The translations under genes were made by a program, and so were the position numbers. Source: Vicinamibacteraceae bacterium (lineage in GTDB: Bacteria; Planctomycetota; Phycisphaerae; Phycisphaerales; UBA5793). From it: DNA of 64,000 nucleotides. The notes beneath the pieces were generated by a model. It ran no database searches. It was not told where the DNA came from and worked only from the letters and a program-made list of their open reading frames with translations. The stretch covers positions 80,588 to 144,587 of the forward strand of contig WYBR01000070.1 of NCBI GenBank assembly GCA_011525805.1, read 5' to 3'. Shown here piece by piece: positions 35,605-45,146 of this stretch. Within the stretch, counting starts at the first letter, position 1, and every line of letters begins with the position of its first letter.

Positions 35605-36720
35605 ATGCACCCGCCCAGGGAGTTCGAGTCGTTCTACTGCGGCCTGCCCGTCCTCGTGACCGGCGGCGCCGGGTTCATCGGCTCGCACCTCGTCCGCGCC
35701 CTTGCCGGCCTCGGCGCCGCCGTCCGCGTGATCGACGACCTCTCGGGCGGCACGCTCGACAACCTGGCGCCCCTGCGCGTTGAGGAGGCGAAGACGCAAC
35801 CGGGCGCGGGGGATGCGCCTCCTTCGCGTGGGTCTTCGCCTTCGCGATCACCGGCGTCGCATGCCTCTTCGCCTGCCGCGATTCAGTTCTTCCGCGCGTC
35901 GATCCTCGACGCCGACGCCCTGGCGCGCTGCTGCCAGGGGGTGGCGGTGATCTTTCACGAGGCGGCCCTTGCCTCCGTCCCCGCCAGCATCGAGCAGCCG
36001 CGGCGCTACCTCGAGGTCAACGTCCTCGGGACGCAGCAGGTGCTCGAAACGGCGGTCAACTGCGGCGTCAAGCGCATCGTCTTCGCCTCCTCGAGCAGCG
36101 TCTACGGCGACCAGCCGGCCCTGCCGAAGGTCGAGACGCAACTGCCCGATCCGCTCAGCCCCTACGCCCAGCAGAAACTCACCGGCGAGCACCTGATGCG
36201 CGTCTGGTCGCTGTGCTACGGCCTGAGCACGGTGTGCCTGCGATACTTCAATATCTTCGGGCCGCTCCAGCGCGCTGACTCCGCCTACGCCGCGGTCGTG
36301 GCCGCCTTCGCCAAGGCGCTGCTGAGCGGGCGGCGACCTCGCATCTTCGGCGACGGCTCGGCCTCGCGCGACTTCACCGCCGTCGACGACGTCGTTCAGG
36401 CGAACCTGCGCGCGGGGGCGATGCACGGCCTCGACGCTCGGCCACGGGACATCCCCCAACTCGCCGGACAGGCAATCAACATCGCCCGCGGCGAGCGCGT
36501 GACCGTCCTCGAACTGGCGCGCCTCATGGCCGAGATCGTCGGCATCGACGCGCCGCCGCTCTTCGAGCCGCCCCGGGCTGGCGACGTGCTCCACAGCCTC
36601 GCGGACATCACCCGTGCGCGGCAGTGGCTCGCGTACGAACCGCAAACCCCGGTGCGCAGCGGGCTGGAACAGACGATCGCGTGGTACCGCGAGGCCCTCG
36701 GACAGCGGGAAGCGCGCTGA
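35605..36720 (+). CDS. NAD-dependent sugar-nucleotide epimerase/dehydratase (extended SDR family)
   Basis: VLVTGGAGFIGSHLV Rossmann motif and the YAQQK catalytic YxxxK are present. A low-complexity Ser/Pro insertion of about 35 aa (aa 59-92) follows the second beta strand. Confidence 0.85.
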   Translation: MHPPREFESFYCGLPVLVTGGAGFIGSHLVRALAGLGAAVRVIDDLSGGTLDNLAPLRVEEAKTQPGAGDAPPSRGSSPSRSPASHASSPAAIQFFRASILDADALARCCQGVAVIFHEAALASVPASIEQPRRYLEVNVLGTQQVLETAVNCGVKRIVFASSSSVYGDQPALPKVETQLPDPLSPYAQQKLTGEHLMRVWSLCYGLSTVCLRYFNIFGPLQRADSAYAAVVAAFAKALLSGRRPRIFGDGSASRDFTAVDDVVQANLRAGAMHGLDARPRDIPQLAGQAINIARGERVTVLELARLMAEIVGIDAPPLFEPPRAGDVLHSLADITRARQWLAYEPQTPVRSGLEQTIAWYREALGQREAR

Positions 36721-36762
36721 GCCGCACGCCCCGCCCCGCCGCGTTCGCGTACAATCCGGGCG

Positions 36763-38055
36763 ATGAACGCCGCGCCGCCGAAGATCGACCGAAGCGCCCG
36801 CATCCTGAGTGCGGCTGCGATCCTGCTGTGGCTCGCGTCTCCGGTTCCGCCAGCGCTGGCTCAGGACGCGGCGGGCGGCGGCGCCGCTCCGGCGACCGTC
36901 GCGCCGGACTTCGATCGCTCAGTCGATGGCGTCTCGCGCGGCAACGCGCTCTTCGAGGCCGTGATGGACGTCTACCGCAAGGCGCCGGCCATACGCGACA
37001 AGGCGACGGTCATCGTCCGCACCGTGTTGGATGAGCCGGGCCCCGAGCAGCGCGCCGAAGTGCCGCTGATCATCAGCCGCCAGGGCACGCGAGTCGTCCT
37101 CCAGGACCTCACCTTCACCGCGATCGACGGCACGCTCTATGGCGAATACGGGCCCAAGCCCGACCGCCTCTACGCCGAGGACTACGATGGCCCGCTCTCG
37201 GCCGGCCTCTTCACCACGCAACTTTCCATCTTCGCGCTGCCGCACTTCGGCCTGTGCCTCTCGACGCATCCCATCGACGACCTCTTCTTCTTCTGCTTTG
37301 ACGCGCGCATCGTCGGGCACCGCGCGCTGACCGACCCCGACCTCGGCCCCGTCGAGCAGATCCGGATCGAATCGACCACCGACGGCGCGCCCTGCACGCT
37401 CACCATCGACCCGGCCACGAAACTCGTGCGCCGGTTTCAGTCCGAGGTCCGCGACCTGCTCGACCCCACACGGGGCTGGGACGTCATCACTGACATGAAC
37501 CCGCAGATTCTCGACGAATTCCCCCACGAGGAGTTCGTCGTGCGCACGGAGGATCGCAAGGAGGTTCCCTCGATCGGGTTCCTCACGGCCGAGTCGGTAA
37601 CCTCCGACCTCATCGGCGCCGCCGCGCCGGACTTCTCTTTCTCCGATCCTCAGGGAAAGGCCATCACGCTGGAGGGCTGCTTCGGCAAGGCCGTCGTGCT
37701 CGTCTTCTGGTGGATCCCCTCCGAAGCGCAGTTCCCGATACTCGACATGCTCAAGGAGATTGAGTCGTGGGTCGCACAGGAGGAGTTGAACGCGCTGGTC
37801 GTGCCCGTAAACTGCGGCGACCGGCCGGAAGACCTCGACCTCTACCTTCAGGGCCGGAAGATCGAAGTGTCGCTGTGGCGCGATGAGGGCGGGCGCGCGT
37901 CGATCGAGGACTTTCACGCGCCGATCTGGCCGACGACGGTGGTCATCTCCCCGGCCGGCAAGGTGACGCACGCCTTCATCACGACCGACCCCGGCGCCAC
38001 GTTCGTCGAGCGCGTGCGCAACGCCGTGAAGCGGTCGCTGCAAGAGGATCTGTGA
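36763..38055 (+). CDS. Secreted two-domain protein with a C-terminal thioredoxin-fold (TlpA/AhpC-like) domain lacking the CxxC motif
   Basis: Signal peptide ILSAAAILLWLASPVPPALAQ. The C-terminal APDFSFSDPQGKAITLEGCFGKAVVLVFWWIPSEAQFP aligns with the TlpA/ResA pattern, but WCxxC is replaced by WIPSE. Confidence 0.55.
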   Translation: MNAAPPKIDRSARILSAAAILLWLASPVPPALAQDAAGGGAAPATVAPDFDRSVDGVSRGNALFEAVMDVYRKAPAIRDKATVIVRTVLDEPGPEQRAEVPLIISRQGTRVVLQDLTFTAIDGTLYGEYGPKPDRLYAEDYDGPLSAGLFTTQLSIFALPHFGLCLSTHPIDDLFFFCFDARIVGHRALTDPDLGPVEQIRIESTTDGAPCTLTIDPATKLVRRFQSEVRDLLDPTRGWDVITDMNPQILDEFPHEEFVVRTEDRKEVPSIGFLTAESVTSDLIGAAAPDFSFSDPQGKAITLEGCFGKAVVLVFWWIPSEAQFPILDMLKEIESWVAQEELNALVVPVNCGDRPEDLDLYLQGRKIEVSLWRDEGGRASIEDFHAPIWPTTVVISPAGKVTHAFITTDPGATFVERVRNAVKRSLQEDL

Positions 38056-38080
38056 CGCACGAGCGCCTGGCGCGCCGGCC

Positions 38081-41000
38081 ATGACCTCCACTTCCCTTCC
38101 CGTCATTCCGACGCCGGACGCCGAACTGATGCGGCACGCGGAGGCGCTGCGGTCCCTCGTGCGCGGCGAGGTGCGCTTCGGCCGCCACGACCGCATGCTC
38201 TACTCCACCGACGCGAGCATCTATCAGGTCGAGCCGCTCGGCGTCGTCGTCCCCGCGGATGAGGACGATGTGGCAAAGGTGATCGGCTATGCGCGCGAGC
38301 ACGCCCTGCCGATCCTGCCGCGCGGCGGAGGCACAAGCCTCGCCGGCCAGTGCGTGAACCGGGCCATCGTCATCGACACGTCGGTGAACCTGCGCGGATT
38401 GGGGTGGATTCATAAGCCGACGAAGGCGTGCTACGCCGCCGCCGGCACGACGATCGACGATCTCAACGATGAGTTGCGTCCGGAGGGATTGTTCTTCGCT
38501 CCCGATCCCGCGACGTCGCGGCAGGCGAACATCGGCGGATGCATCGGCAACAACGCCGCGGGAACGCGGTCGATCAAGTACGGCCGGACGGTCGAGAACG
38601 TCGAGGCGGTGCATGTCACGCTCTCGACTGGCGAGCAGGTGACACTCGCAAAGGGCGACGCCTCCGACGTTCACTTCCGAGGAGTCGCTATCCCTGAGCC
38701 GCTCATACCGCGCATCGAAGGTCATCGCGCCATCATCCGTCGCCTCACGGAAGGCGTCATCGATATCGTCCGGCGCCACGAGCGCCTCATCCGCGAGCGC
38801 TACCCGAAGACGCTGCGCCGCAACGCGGGTTATGCGCTCGACATGATTCTCGCCGATCTCGACGAGGCGCAGGCTAAGGGCGTCGATCCCCTCGAAGTCG
38901 TAGACCTGTCGAAACTGATCTGCGGCTCGGAAGGCACGCTCGCGTTCGTGACGGCCGCGACGCTCTGGCTGCATCCGATCCCGAAGGCGACGGGGCTGGC
39001 GGTGCTCGGTTTCGCCTCGCTCGAAGAGGCGATCGACGCGGTTGTGCCCCTGCTCACGCTTAGCCCATCGGCCGTCGAACTGCTCGATGATCTCATTCTC
39101 AGCCTGGCGAACGAGAACGCGGAGTACCGGCAGTACGTGCAGTTGATGCCGCGCCCGGGTCGGGCTGAAGATGCGAACCCGCCGCCGCTCAAGGCGGTGC
39201 TGTACGTCGAGTTCCAGAGCGAGCACGGCCGCGACGAGATCGAGGAGCGTTTCGCGGCGCTGCGGGCGCTCGCCGCGTCGCATTTCCCGGGTGCGGCGCT
39301 GGCGGCCTACAGCGACCAGGCTGCGATCCTCCAGGCGCTCAAACTCCGAAAGGCCGGCGAGCCACTTCTTCACGGCATTCCCGGCCGGCGCAAGCCCGTC
39401 GGCTTCGTCGAGGACAACGCCGTGCCCGTCGAGCGCCTCAGCGAGTTCGTGAGGCAATTCAGAGGCATCGTCGAGTCACGCGGCACCATCGCCTCCTTCT
39501 ACGCCCACGCCTCGGTGGGTGTGCTGCACGTGCGGCCGCTGCTGGACCTGCGCGACGGGCAGGACCGCCGGCGCATGGAGGAGATCGCGATCGAAACGGC
39601 CGACCTCGCCCGCTCCCTTGGCGGCGTCATGTCCGGGGAGCACGGCGACGGACGCGCCCGCGGCCCGCTGCTCGAACGCTTCTACGGGCCGGAACTCATG
39701 AACGCTTTCCGCGAGGTCAAGGCCCTCTTCGACCCGCACAACATCCTCAACCCCGGCAACATCGTCGCGCCGGGGCCGATCGCGTCGATTCACGAGCACA
39801 CGCGCGTTTCGCAGGCGCGTTTTCCGGATGATGCGGCGATTCGTGACGAGACGTTCTTTGATTACACGCGCGAAGGCGGGTTCGATCATGCCGTCGAACT
39901 CTGCAACGGCGCCGGCGTCTGCCGCAAGAAGAGCGGCGGGACGATGTGCCCCTCCTACATGGCCACCCTCGACGAGCGCCACAGCACCCGCGGCCGCGGC
40001 AACGCCCTGCGCCTGGCGATCTCCGGGCAGTTCAGCGGCGCGGGGCGGCCGGACTGGAATGAGGCCGAAACCCTCGCCACGCTCGACCTGTGCCTGAGTT
40101 GCAAGGCGTGCAAGACCGAGTGCCCGAGCAACGTCGATATCAGCAAGTACAAGGCGGAGTATCTCGCGCAGTCGCACCGCGCCTCGGGGCGCATCCCTCT
40201 GAGCGCCCGGCTGCTCGGCCGCGTCGATCGACTCAACCGCCTCGGTTCGTTCTCCCCGGCGTTCAGCAATGCAGTGGCGAATCTTCGCCCCGTGCGGGGG
40301 CTGCTCAATCGGCTGCTGAGTCTGGCGCCGCAGCGCTCGCTGCCTCGCTTCGAGCGATCGCTCTTCAAGCAGGCGCGTGGGTTCAGACCGACCGTGGCGG
40401 CGGATGCGCCGTCCGTCCTGCTCTTTGGCGACTGCTTCACCGCGTTCAACGAGCCGCACGTCGGCTTTTCGGCGCTGCGCCTGCTCGATGCGTTCGGGTA
40501 CCGCGTGATCGTCGCCGACGCCGGCTGCTGCGGGCGCGCCATGGTCTCGACGGGCCTGCTGCCGCAGGCACAGAAAACGATTGCGCGCACGGTGGATCGG
40601 CTCGCGTCGCTGGTAAAGGAGCATGAGGCGCGCGCGGTGCTCGTGTGCGAGCCAAGTTGCCTCGCAAGCATGCACGATGAATGGCAGACGCTGCGGCTGG
40701 ATGGGGCTGGCGCCTCCAACGGGCGGGCCGCCCGTTCCACCTTCGACGGGCGAGACGCCCGTTCTCCGACGGCGGCACTGGCAGAGCGCGCCTGGCTTGT
40801 CGAGGACTTCCTCGCCAGATTCTTCGATCAGCATCCGCGATCGCCGCAGTGGCGGGCGAACCTGCACAGTTTTGACGCCGGGCGGATTCTCCTGCACGGG
40901 CACTGCCACCAGAAGGCGCTGTGGGGCGTGGACACCTCGGCCGCGCTGCTGCGGCGGCTGTACGGCCCGCGCATGCGCATCCTCGACACGGGCTGCTGCG

Positions 41001-41209
41001 GCATGGCGGGCTCGTTCGGCTACGCCGCGCACCGCTACGACCTCTCGATAAGGATCGGCGAACTGGCGCTCTTCCCCGCGGTGCGCGGCCGCGGGGAGGG
41101 GGATGTCATCCTCGCGCCGGGAACGAGTTGCCGCCACCAGGTGCGCGACGGAACCGGCGCCGCGGCGCTGCATCCTGTGGAATTCCTCGCCGCTTCGCTG
41201 CGCCAATAA
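38081..41209 (+). CDS. FAD-linked oxidase fused to 4Fe-4S and CCG (cysteine-rich) domains (GlcD/GlcF-like, D-2-hydroxyacid dehydrogenase-type)
   Basis: FAD_binding_4-like PRGGGTSLAGQ is present. Ferredoxin-type CxxCxxC motifs occur in the middle (LCLSCKACKTECP, and CNGAGVCRK...MCP). C-terminal CCG repeats (GDCF...DAGCCG, HGHCH...TGCCGMAG) follow. Confidence 0.85.
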   Translation: MTSTSLPVIPTPDAELMRHAEALRSLVRGEVRFGRHDRMLYSTDASIYQVEPLGVVVPADEDDVAKVIGYAREHALPILPRGGGTSLAGQCVNRAIVIDTSVNLRGLGWIHKPTKACYAAAGTTIDDLNDELRPEGLFFAPDPATSRQANIGGCIGNNAAGTRSIKYGRTVENVEAVHVTLSTGEQVTLAKGDASDVHFRGVAIPEPLIPRIEGHRAIIRRLTEGVIDIVRRHERLIRERYPKTLRRNAGYALDMILADLDEAQAKGVDPLEVVDLSKLICGSEGTLAFVTAATLWLHPIPKATGLAVLGFASLEEAIDAVVPLLTLSPSAVELLDDLILSLANENAEYRQYVQLMPRPGRAEDANPPPLKAVLYVEFQSEHGRDEIEERFAALRALAASHFPGAALAAYSDQAAILQALKLRKAGEPLLHGIPGRRKPVGFVEDNAVPVERLSEFVRQFRGIVESRGTIASFYAHASVGVLHVRPLLDLRDGQDRRRMEEIAIETADLARSLGGVMSGEHGDGRARGPLLERFYGPELMNAFREVKALFDPHNILNPGNIVAPGPIASIHEHTRVSQARFPDDAAIRDETFFDYTREGGFDHAVELCNGAGVCRKKSGGTMCPSYMATLDERHSTRGRGNALRLAISGQFSGAGRPDWNEAETLATLDLCLSCKACKTECPSNVDISKYKAEYLAQSHRASGRIPLSARLLGRVDRLNRLGSFSPAFSNAVANLRPVRGLLNRLLSLAPQRSLPRFERSLFKQARGFRPTVAADAPSVLLFGDCFTAFNEPHVGFSALRLLDAFGYRVIVADAGCCGRAMVSTGLLPQAQKTIARTVDRLASLVKEHEARAVLVCEPSCLASMHDEWQTLRLDGAGASNGRAARSTFDGRDARSPTAALAERAWLVEDFLARFFDQHPRSPQWRANLHSFDAGRILLHGHCHQKALWGVDTSAALLRRLYGPRMRILDTGCCGMAGSFGYAAHRYDLSIRIGELALFPAVRGRGEGDVILAPGTSCRHQVRDGTGAAALHPVEFLAASLRQ

Positions 41210-41279
41210 TCACCGCCGATGCAAAGACGCATGCGGTTGAGGCGATGGCGCAAGTGGTCTCGGATGTGCAAGGATCAAA

Positions 41280-42623
41280 ATGGACCAGTTCAATTACCGT
41301 GACGGGCGGCTGCACTGCGAAGAGGTGGCGGTCGAGGAGATCGCGGCCGCGGCGGGCACGCCGGTCTACATCTACAGCGCCGCCACGATCACCGATCACT
41401 ACCGCAAACTCGTCGCCGCGTTCAAGCGCGTCGATCCGCTCATCTGCTACTCGATCAAGAGTTGCTCGAACCTCTCGATCCTGCGCCTGCTCGCCGACCT
41501 CGGCGCGGGGATGGACGTCGTGAGCGGGGGCGAACTCTTCCGCGCAGGACTGGCGAAGGTTCACGGCCACCGCATCGTCTACGCCGGCGTGGGCAAGACC
41601 GACGAGGAGATTATCGAAGCGATCGACTACAGCCCCGACGGCTCGACGCGCCACGGCATCCGCCTCTTCAACATCGAGTCCGAGGCGGAGTTCGAGAACA
41701 TCGCCTCGCTGGCGCGGGCGCGCGGCGTGATCTGCGAAGCAACGTTGCGCGTCAATCCCGATGTTGATCCGAAGACCCACGTCTACACGACCACGGGCAA
41801 GAAGGAGACGAAGTTCGGCGTCGATCTGGAACGCGCCCGCGCCTTCTTCCGCAAGTACGGCCGCAACGAGCACTGCCGCCTCACCGCGATTCACCTGCAC
41901 ATCGGCTCGCCGGTTTACACCGTCGAGCCGTACATTGAAGCGGTGAAGCGCGCGCTGGCGCTGATTGACGAAATCGCCGCGGAGGGCTTCAAGGTCACCG
42001 CGCTCAACCTCGGCGGCGGCTTTGGCGCGGACTACACCTCGTCCCAGTCGCCGCTCGCCGCGGACTATGCCTCGGCGATCGTGCCGCTGCTCCAGGGCCA
42101 CGTCGATCGCGGGCTGAAGATCATCCTCGAGCCGGGGCGCAGCATCATCGCCAACGCCGGGATTCTCCTGACGCGCGTGCAGTACCTCAAGAAGTCGGGA
42201 CAGCGCCACTTCGTCATCATCGACGGGGGAATGCACACGCTGATCCGCCCGGCGCTGTACGGCTCGTTCCACTTTATCTGGCCCGCGCGGGTGGCGCGGA
42301 TGCACGTGCCGGCCAAGCGCGAGCAGGAGATGGACCTGCCGGGCCTGGACCTGTGCGACGTGGTCGGCCCGATCTGCGAGAGCAGCGACTTCCTGGCCAA
42401 GGACCGCCGCCTTCCTCCCCTGGTGCGCGGCGACCTGCTCGCGGTGTTTTCCGCCGGGGCGTACGGGATGGTGATGGCGAGCCACTACAACTCGCACCCC
42501 CTGCCGGCCGAGGTGCTCGTGAGCGGATCGCGGGCCACGACGGTGCGGTCGCGCGAGACGTATGATGACCTGGTGGGCCGCGAGCGGGAGGCGACGCTGC
42601 TTCTCGGCCGCGAAGAGGACTGA
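41280..42623 (+). CDS. lysA: Diaminopimelate decarboxylase
   Basis: GTPVYIYS..., YSIKSCSNLSIL (PLP Lys), HLHIGS, LNLGGGFG, EPGRSIIANAG and CESSD are the fold-III decarboxylase motifs, in LysA order and length. Confidence 0.9.
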   Translation: MDQFNYRDGRLHCEEVAVEEIAAAAGTPVYIYSAATITDHYRKLVAAFKRVDPLICYSIKSCSNLSILRLLADLGAGMDVVSGGELFRAGLAKVHGHRIVYAGVGKTDEEIIEAIDYSPDGSTRHGIRLFNIESEAEFENIASLARARGVICEATLRVNPDVDPKTHVYTTTGKKETKFGVDLERARAFFRKYGRNEHCRLTAIHLHIGSPVYTVEPYIEAVKRALALIDEIAAEGFKVTALNLGGGFGADYTSSQSPLAADYASAIVPLLQGHVDRGLKIILEPGRSIIANAGILLTRVQYLKKSGQRHFVIIDGGMHTLIRPALYGSFHFIWPARVARMHVPAKREQEMDLPGLDLCDVVGPICESSDFLAKDRRLPPLVRGDLLAVFSAGAYGMVMASHYNSHPLPAEVLVSGSRATTVRSRETYDDLVGREREATLLLGREED

Positions 42624-42629
42624 GAGGCC

Positions 42630-43448
42630 GTGAACGATCATGCCGGGTCAGAGCGCTGCGGTTTGGTGCAGGTGCTGCACACGCTGCCGCTGTCGCCGGC
42701 CCATCCGTGCGCCTATCTGCCCGGCCGGGCGGCGCGAGACCGCGGCTTCATCGTGAACCACATGGAGCCGGCGACATGGGAGGCGCTCCTGAGCGAAGGC
42801 TGGCGCCGATCGGGCATGACGATCTACCAGCCGGCGTGCGCGTTCTGCACCGCCTGCCGTTCGCTGCGCCTGCCGGCGGGAGAGTTGCGGCCGGACCGCA
42901 CCATGCGCCGCCTTCTGCGCCGCAACGCCGACCTGTCGGTGCGCCTCACGCCGGTCACGATCGACGAGGAGCGCTACGACCTTTACCGCCGCTACATCAC
43001 GCGAAGGCACGACGGGATGATGAGCGGCTCGAGGCGTGAGTTCGAACTCTTCCTCGGCCAGTCGCCCGTCGACACTTGCGAACTGGAGATGCGGCTCGAC
43101 GGGCGGCTCTTGTCGATCGGCACGATCGACCGCGTGCCGGGCGGATGGAGTTGCGTCTACTGCTACTACGACCCCGACGAGCCGCGCCGCTCGCTCGGCA
43201 CGTTCAACATTCTCACGGCGGCGCAGTGGTGCGTGCGGCACAGCGCGGCGGGGCGCGAGGCGCGCCTCTACCTCGGCTACTGGGTCGATGGGTCGAAGAC
43301 GATGGCGTACAAGGCGCGATTCACGCCGCACGAGGTCCTTCAGCCCGACGGGCGCTGGCGCCGCGAGTCGTCGCTCATCCGCAGCGAGCCGCCGCGTCCT
43401 CGCGGCGCGGTCGCGCACAACGTTCACATCCCGCGTACGCGCAGTTGA
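42630..43448 (+). CDS. bpt: Arginyl/leucyl-tRNA-protein transferase family (ATE/Bpt, N-degron pathway)
   Basis: CAYLPGRAARDR...EGWRRSGMTIYQPACAFCTACRSLRL...YDLYRRYITRRH...SCVYCYYDP...SLGTFNIL...LYLGYWV matches the ATE_N/ATE_C pattern. GTG start. The last 22 codons or so lie inside a repeat element. Confidence 0.8.
   Translation: MNDHAGSERCGLVQVLHTLPLSPAHPCAYLPGRAARDRGFIVNHMEPATWEALLSEGWRRSGMTIYQPACAFCTACRSLRLPAGELRPDRTMRRLLRRNADLSVRLTPVTIDEERYDLYRRYITRRHDGMMSGSRREFELFLGQSPVDTCELEMRLDGRLLSIGTIDRVPGGWSCVYCYYDPDEPRRSLGTFNILTAAQWCVRHSAAGREARLYLGYWVDGSKTMAYKARFTPHEVLQPDGRWRRESSLIRSEPPRPRGAVAHNVHIPRTRS
43383..43442 (+). repeat. Composite palindromic repeat, copy A (3' end of bpt, next to the der stop)
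   Basis: AGCGAGCCGCCGCGTCCTCGCGGCGCGGTCGCGCACAACGTTCACATCCCGCGTACGCGC. It contains the hairpin CGCCGCG-TCCT-CGCGGCG and the palindrome CGCGTACGCG. It is repeated at 45011-45097. Confidence 0.7.
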
Positions 43449-43455
43449 CGCGTGC

Positions 43456-44994
43456 TCACGCGACGGCGCCCGGCGTATCCTCGTCTTGAAAACGGTCGGG
43501 CACTTCGCCCTCGATCTCTTCCAACTCGTCGAAGGCGTCATTCCCCTCCGCCGCCTCGACGGACGGCAACTCGCCGCGTCGCGGTCCGTGCTTGAGGTCG
43601 TGCAGCGCCTTGCGCTTGCGGTCGCGGAAGATCAGCCGGATCGGCACCTCGCTGAAGGGCAGTTCCTCGCGCAGACGGTTGAGCAGGTAGCGCTCGTACT
43701 GCCCGTCGAAGAGTTCAGTGCGGTTGACGACGAGCACGATCGTCGGCGGATGGACGGCGATCTGGCTGACGTAGAAGATGCGGGCCTGGCGTCCGAGGCG
43801 GCTGCTCGGGCCGCGCGCTTCGAGGATGCGCTGAAAGGCCGCATTGAGCGACCCGGTCGTCTCGCGGTGCCCCGCCTGCTGAAAGAGGTTGAACGCCATC
43901 GCCGCCGCGTCGCGCACCCCTTCGCCCGTCGCGGCCGAGATGAACACGCACGGCGCGTAGTCCAGCCCGCCGAGTTCCTTCGTGAGATAGTCGAGATAGT
44001 CCTCCGGTGTGATCGGCTCGCCCTTGCGGTTGGTCTTCCCGGCCGTGAGGTCCCACTTGTTCACGACGATGACGCAGGGCTTGTAGTGGGTTTGGATCTC
44101 CTGCGTGAGTTGCTTGTCCACCTGGCTGACCGGAACCGTCGCGTCGATGAGCAGGGCGACGACATCCGCCCGGCGGATCGAGCGCAGGGCGCGGTGCTGC
44201 GAGTAATACTCGACGTCGCTCTGGAGGCTCTTGCCCTTGCGCACACCGGCGGTGTCGATGGCGGTGAAAGCCCGGCCGTCGATCTCGAAGCGGACGTCGA
44301 CGCTGTCGCGCGTCGTGCCGGGAATCTCGGAGACGATGACGCGCCGCTCGCCGGCGAGGGCGTTGATAAGCGTGCTCTTGCCCGCGTTGCGCTTGCCGAC
44401 GATGGCGACCTTCATCTCCGGCTCGCGCTCCTCGGGCGCCTCGGGGACGAGGTCGTAGAGCATCTCGAAGAAGCGGCGGCGGTTGTAGCCGTTGAGTGCT
44501 GAGACGGGCATCGCGGGGCCGAAGCCCAGCGCGGCCGCCTCCGCCGCGTGAACCTCCCACGACTCGGCATCGACCTTGTTGGCGATGAGGCGCACGCGGT
44601 CGGAGGCGCCCTGACGGCGGAGCAGTTCGGCGACGGTGCGGTCCAGCGGCGTCAGGCCGCTCTGGGCATCGAGGACGAAGAAGATGAAATCGGCCTTGGC
44701 GATGGCCTGGCCGATCTGGAACTCGACATCGCCGATGAGGGCCTTCGAGTCGGCGTCGTCCTCCTCGCCCGAGTAAATGCCGTACCCCCCGGTGTCGATG
44801 ATCTCGACTTTCCGGGCCGGCAGGCCGTCGCGCCGGTCGGTGGGGGGCTGGAGGTCGACGATGACGGAGATGCGGTCGCGCGTGACGCCGGGGGTGGGAT
44901 CGACGATCGCGACGCGGTGGCGTGCGATCATGTTGAGCAGGCTGCTCTTGCCGACGTTGGGCCGGCCGACAATGGCGATGCGCGGAAGTGGCAT
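43456..44994 (-). CDS. der: Ribosome-associated GTPase Der (EngA), double G-domain
   Basis: Two G domains are present: IAIVGRPNVGKSSLLN...DTGG...NKVD, and VAIVGKRNAGKSTLINAL...DTAG...NKWD. A KH-like C-terminus and an acidic tail follow. The ATG at 44994 was chosen; the track ORF start at 45111 runs into a repeat. Confidence 0.9.
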   Translation of the reverse strand: MPLPRIAIVGRPNVGKSSLLNMIARHRVAIVDPTPGVTRDRISVIVDLQPPTDRRDGLPARKVEIIDTGGYGIYSGEEDDADSKALIGDVEFQIGQAIAKADFIFFVLDAQSGLTPLDRTVAELLRRQGASDRVRLIANKVDAESWEVHAAEAAALGFGPAMPVSALNGYNRRRFFEMLYDLVPEAPEEREPEMKVAIVGKRNAGKSTLINALAGERRVIVSEIPGTTRDSVDVRFEIDGRAFTAIDTAGVRKGKSLQSDVEYYSQHRALRSIRRADVVALLIDATVPVSQVDKQLTQEIQTHYKPCVIVVNKWDLTAGKTNRKGEPITPEDYLDYLTKELGGLDYAPCVFISAATGEGVRDAAAMAFNLFQQAGHRETTGSLNAAFQRILEARGPSSRLGRQARIFYVSQIAVHPPTIVLVVNRTELFDGQYERYLLNRLREELPFSEVPIRLIFRDRKRKALHDLKHGPRRGELPSVEAAEGNDAFDELEEIEGEVPDRFQDEDTPGAVA

Positions 44995-45010
44995 GAGGGA
45001 GGATGGTAGG

Positions 45011-45097
45011 AGCGAGCCGCCGCGTCCTCGCGGCGCCGTGAGCCGCCGCGTCCCCGCGGCGTGGTCGCGCACGACGTCCACGCCGCGCGTACGCGCC
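45011..45097 (+). repeat. Composite palindromic repeat, copy B (upstream of der), with its first module duplicated
   Basis: AGCGAGCCGCCGCGTCCTCGCGGCGCCGT|GAGCCGCCGCGTCCCCGCGGCGTGGTCGCGCACGACGTCCACGCCGCGCGTACGCGCC. It has the same orientation as copy A at 43383-43442. Confidence 0.7.
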
Positions 45098-45146
45098 ATT
45101 GCCCGTCGCACGCGACCGCGCGTCGAGGGCGACGCGGCTCGCGGGA

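Noticed and set aside
44995-45111. N-terminal extension of der to 45111
   Set aside because: The extension lies within the palindromic repeat copy B. The ATG at 44994 gives the canonical MPLPRIAIVGRPNVGKS start of Der.
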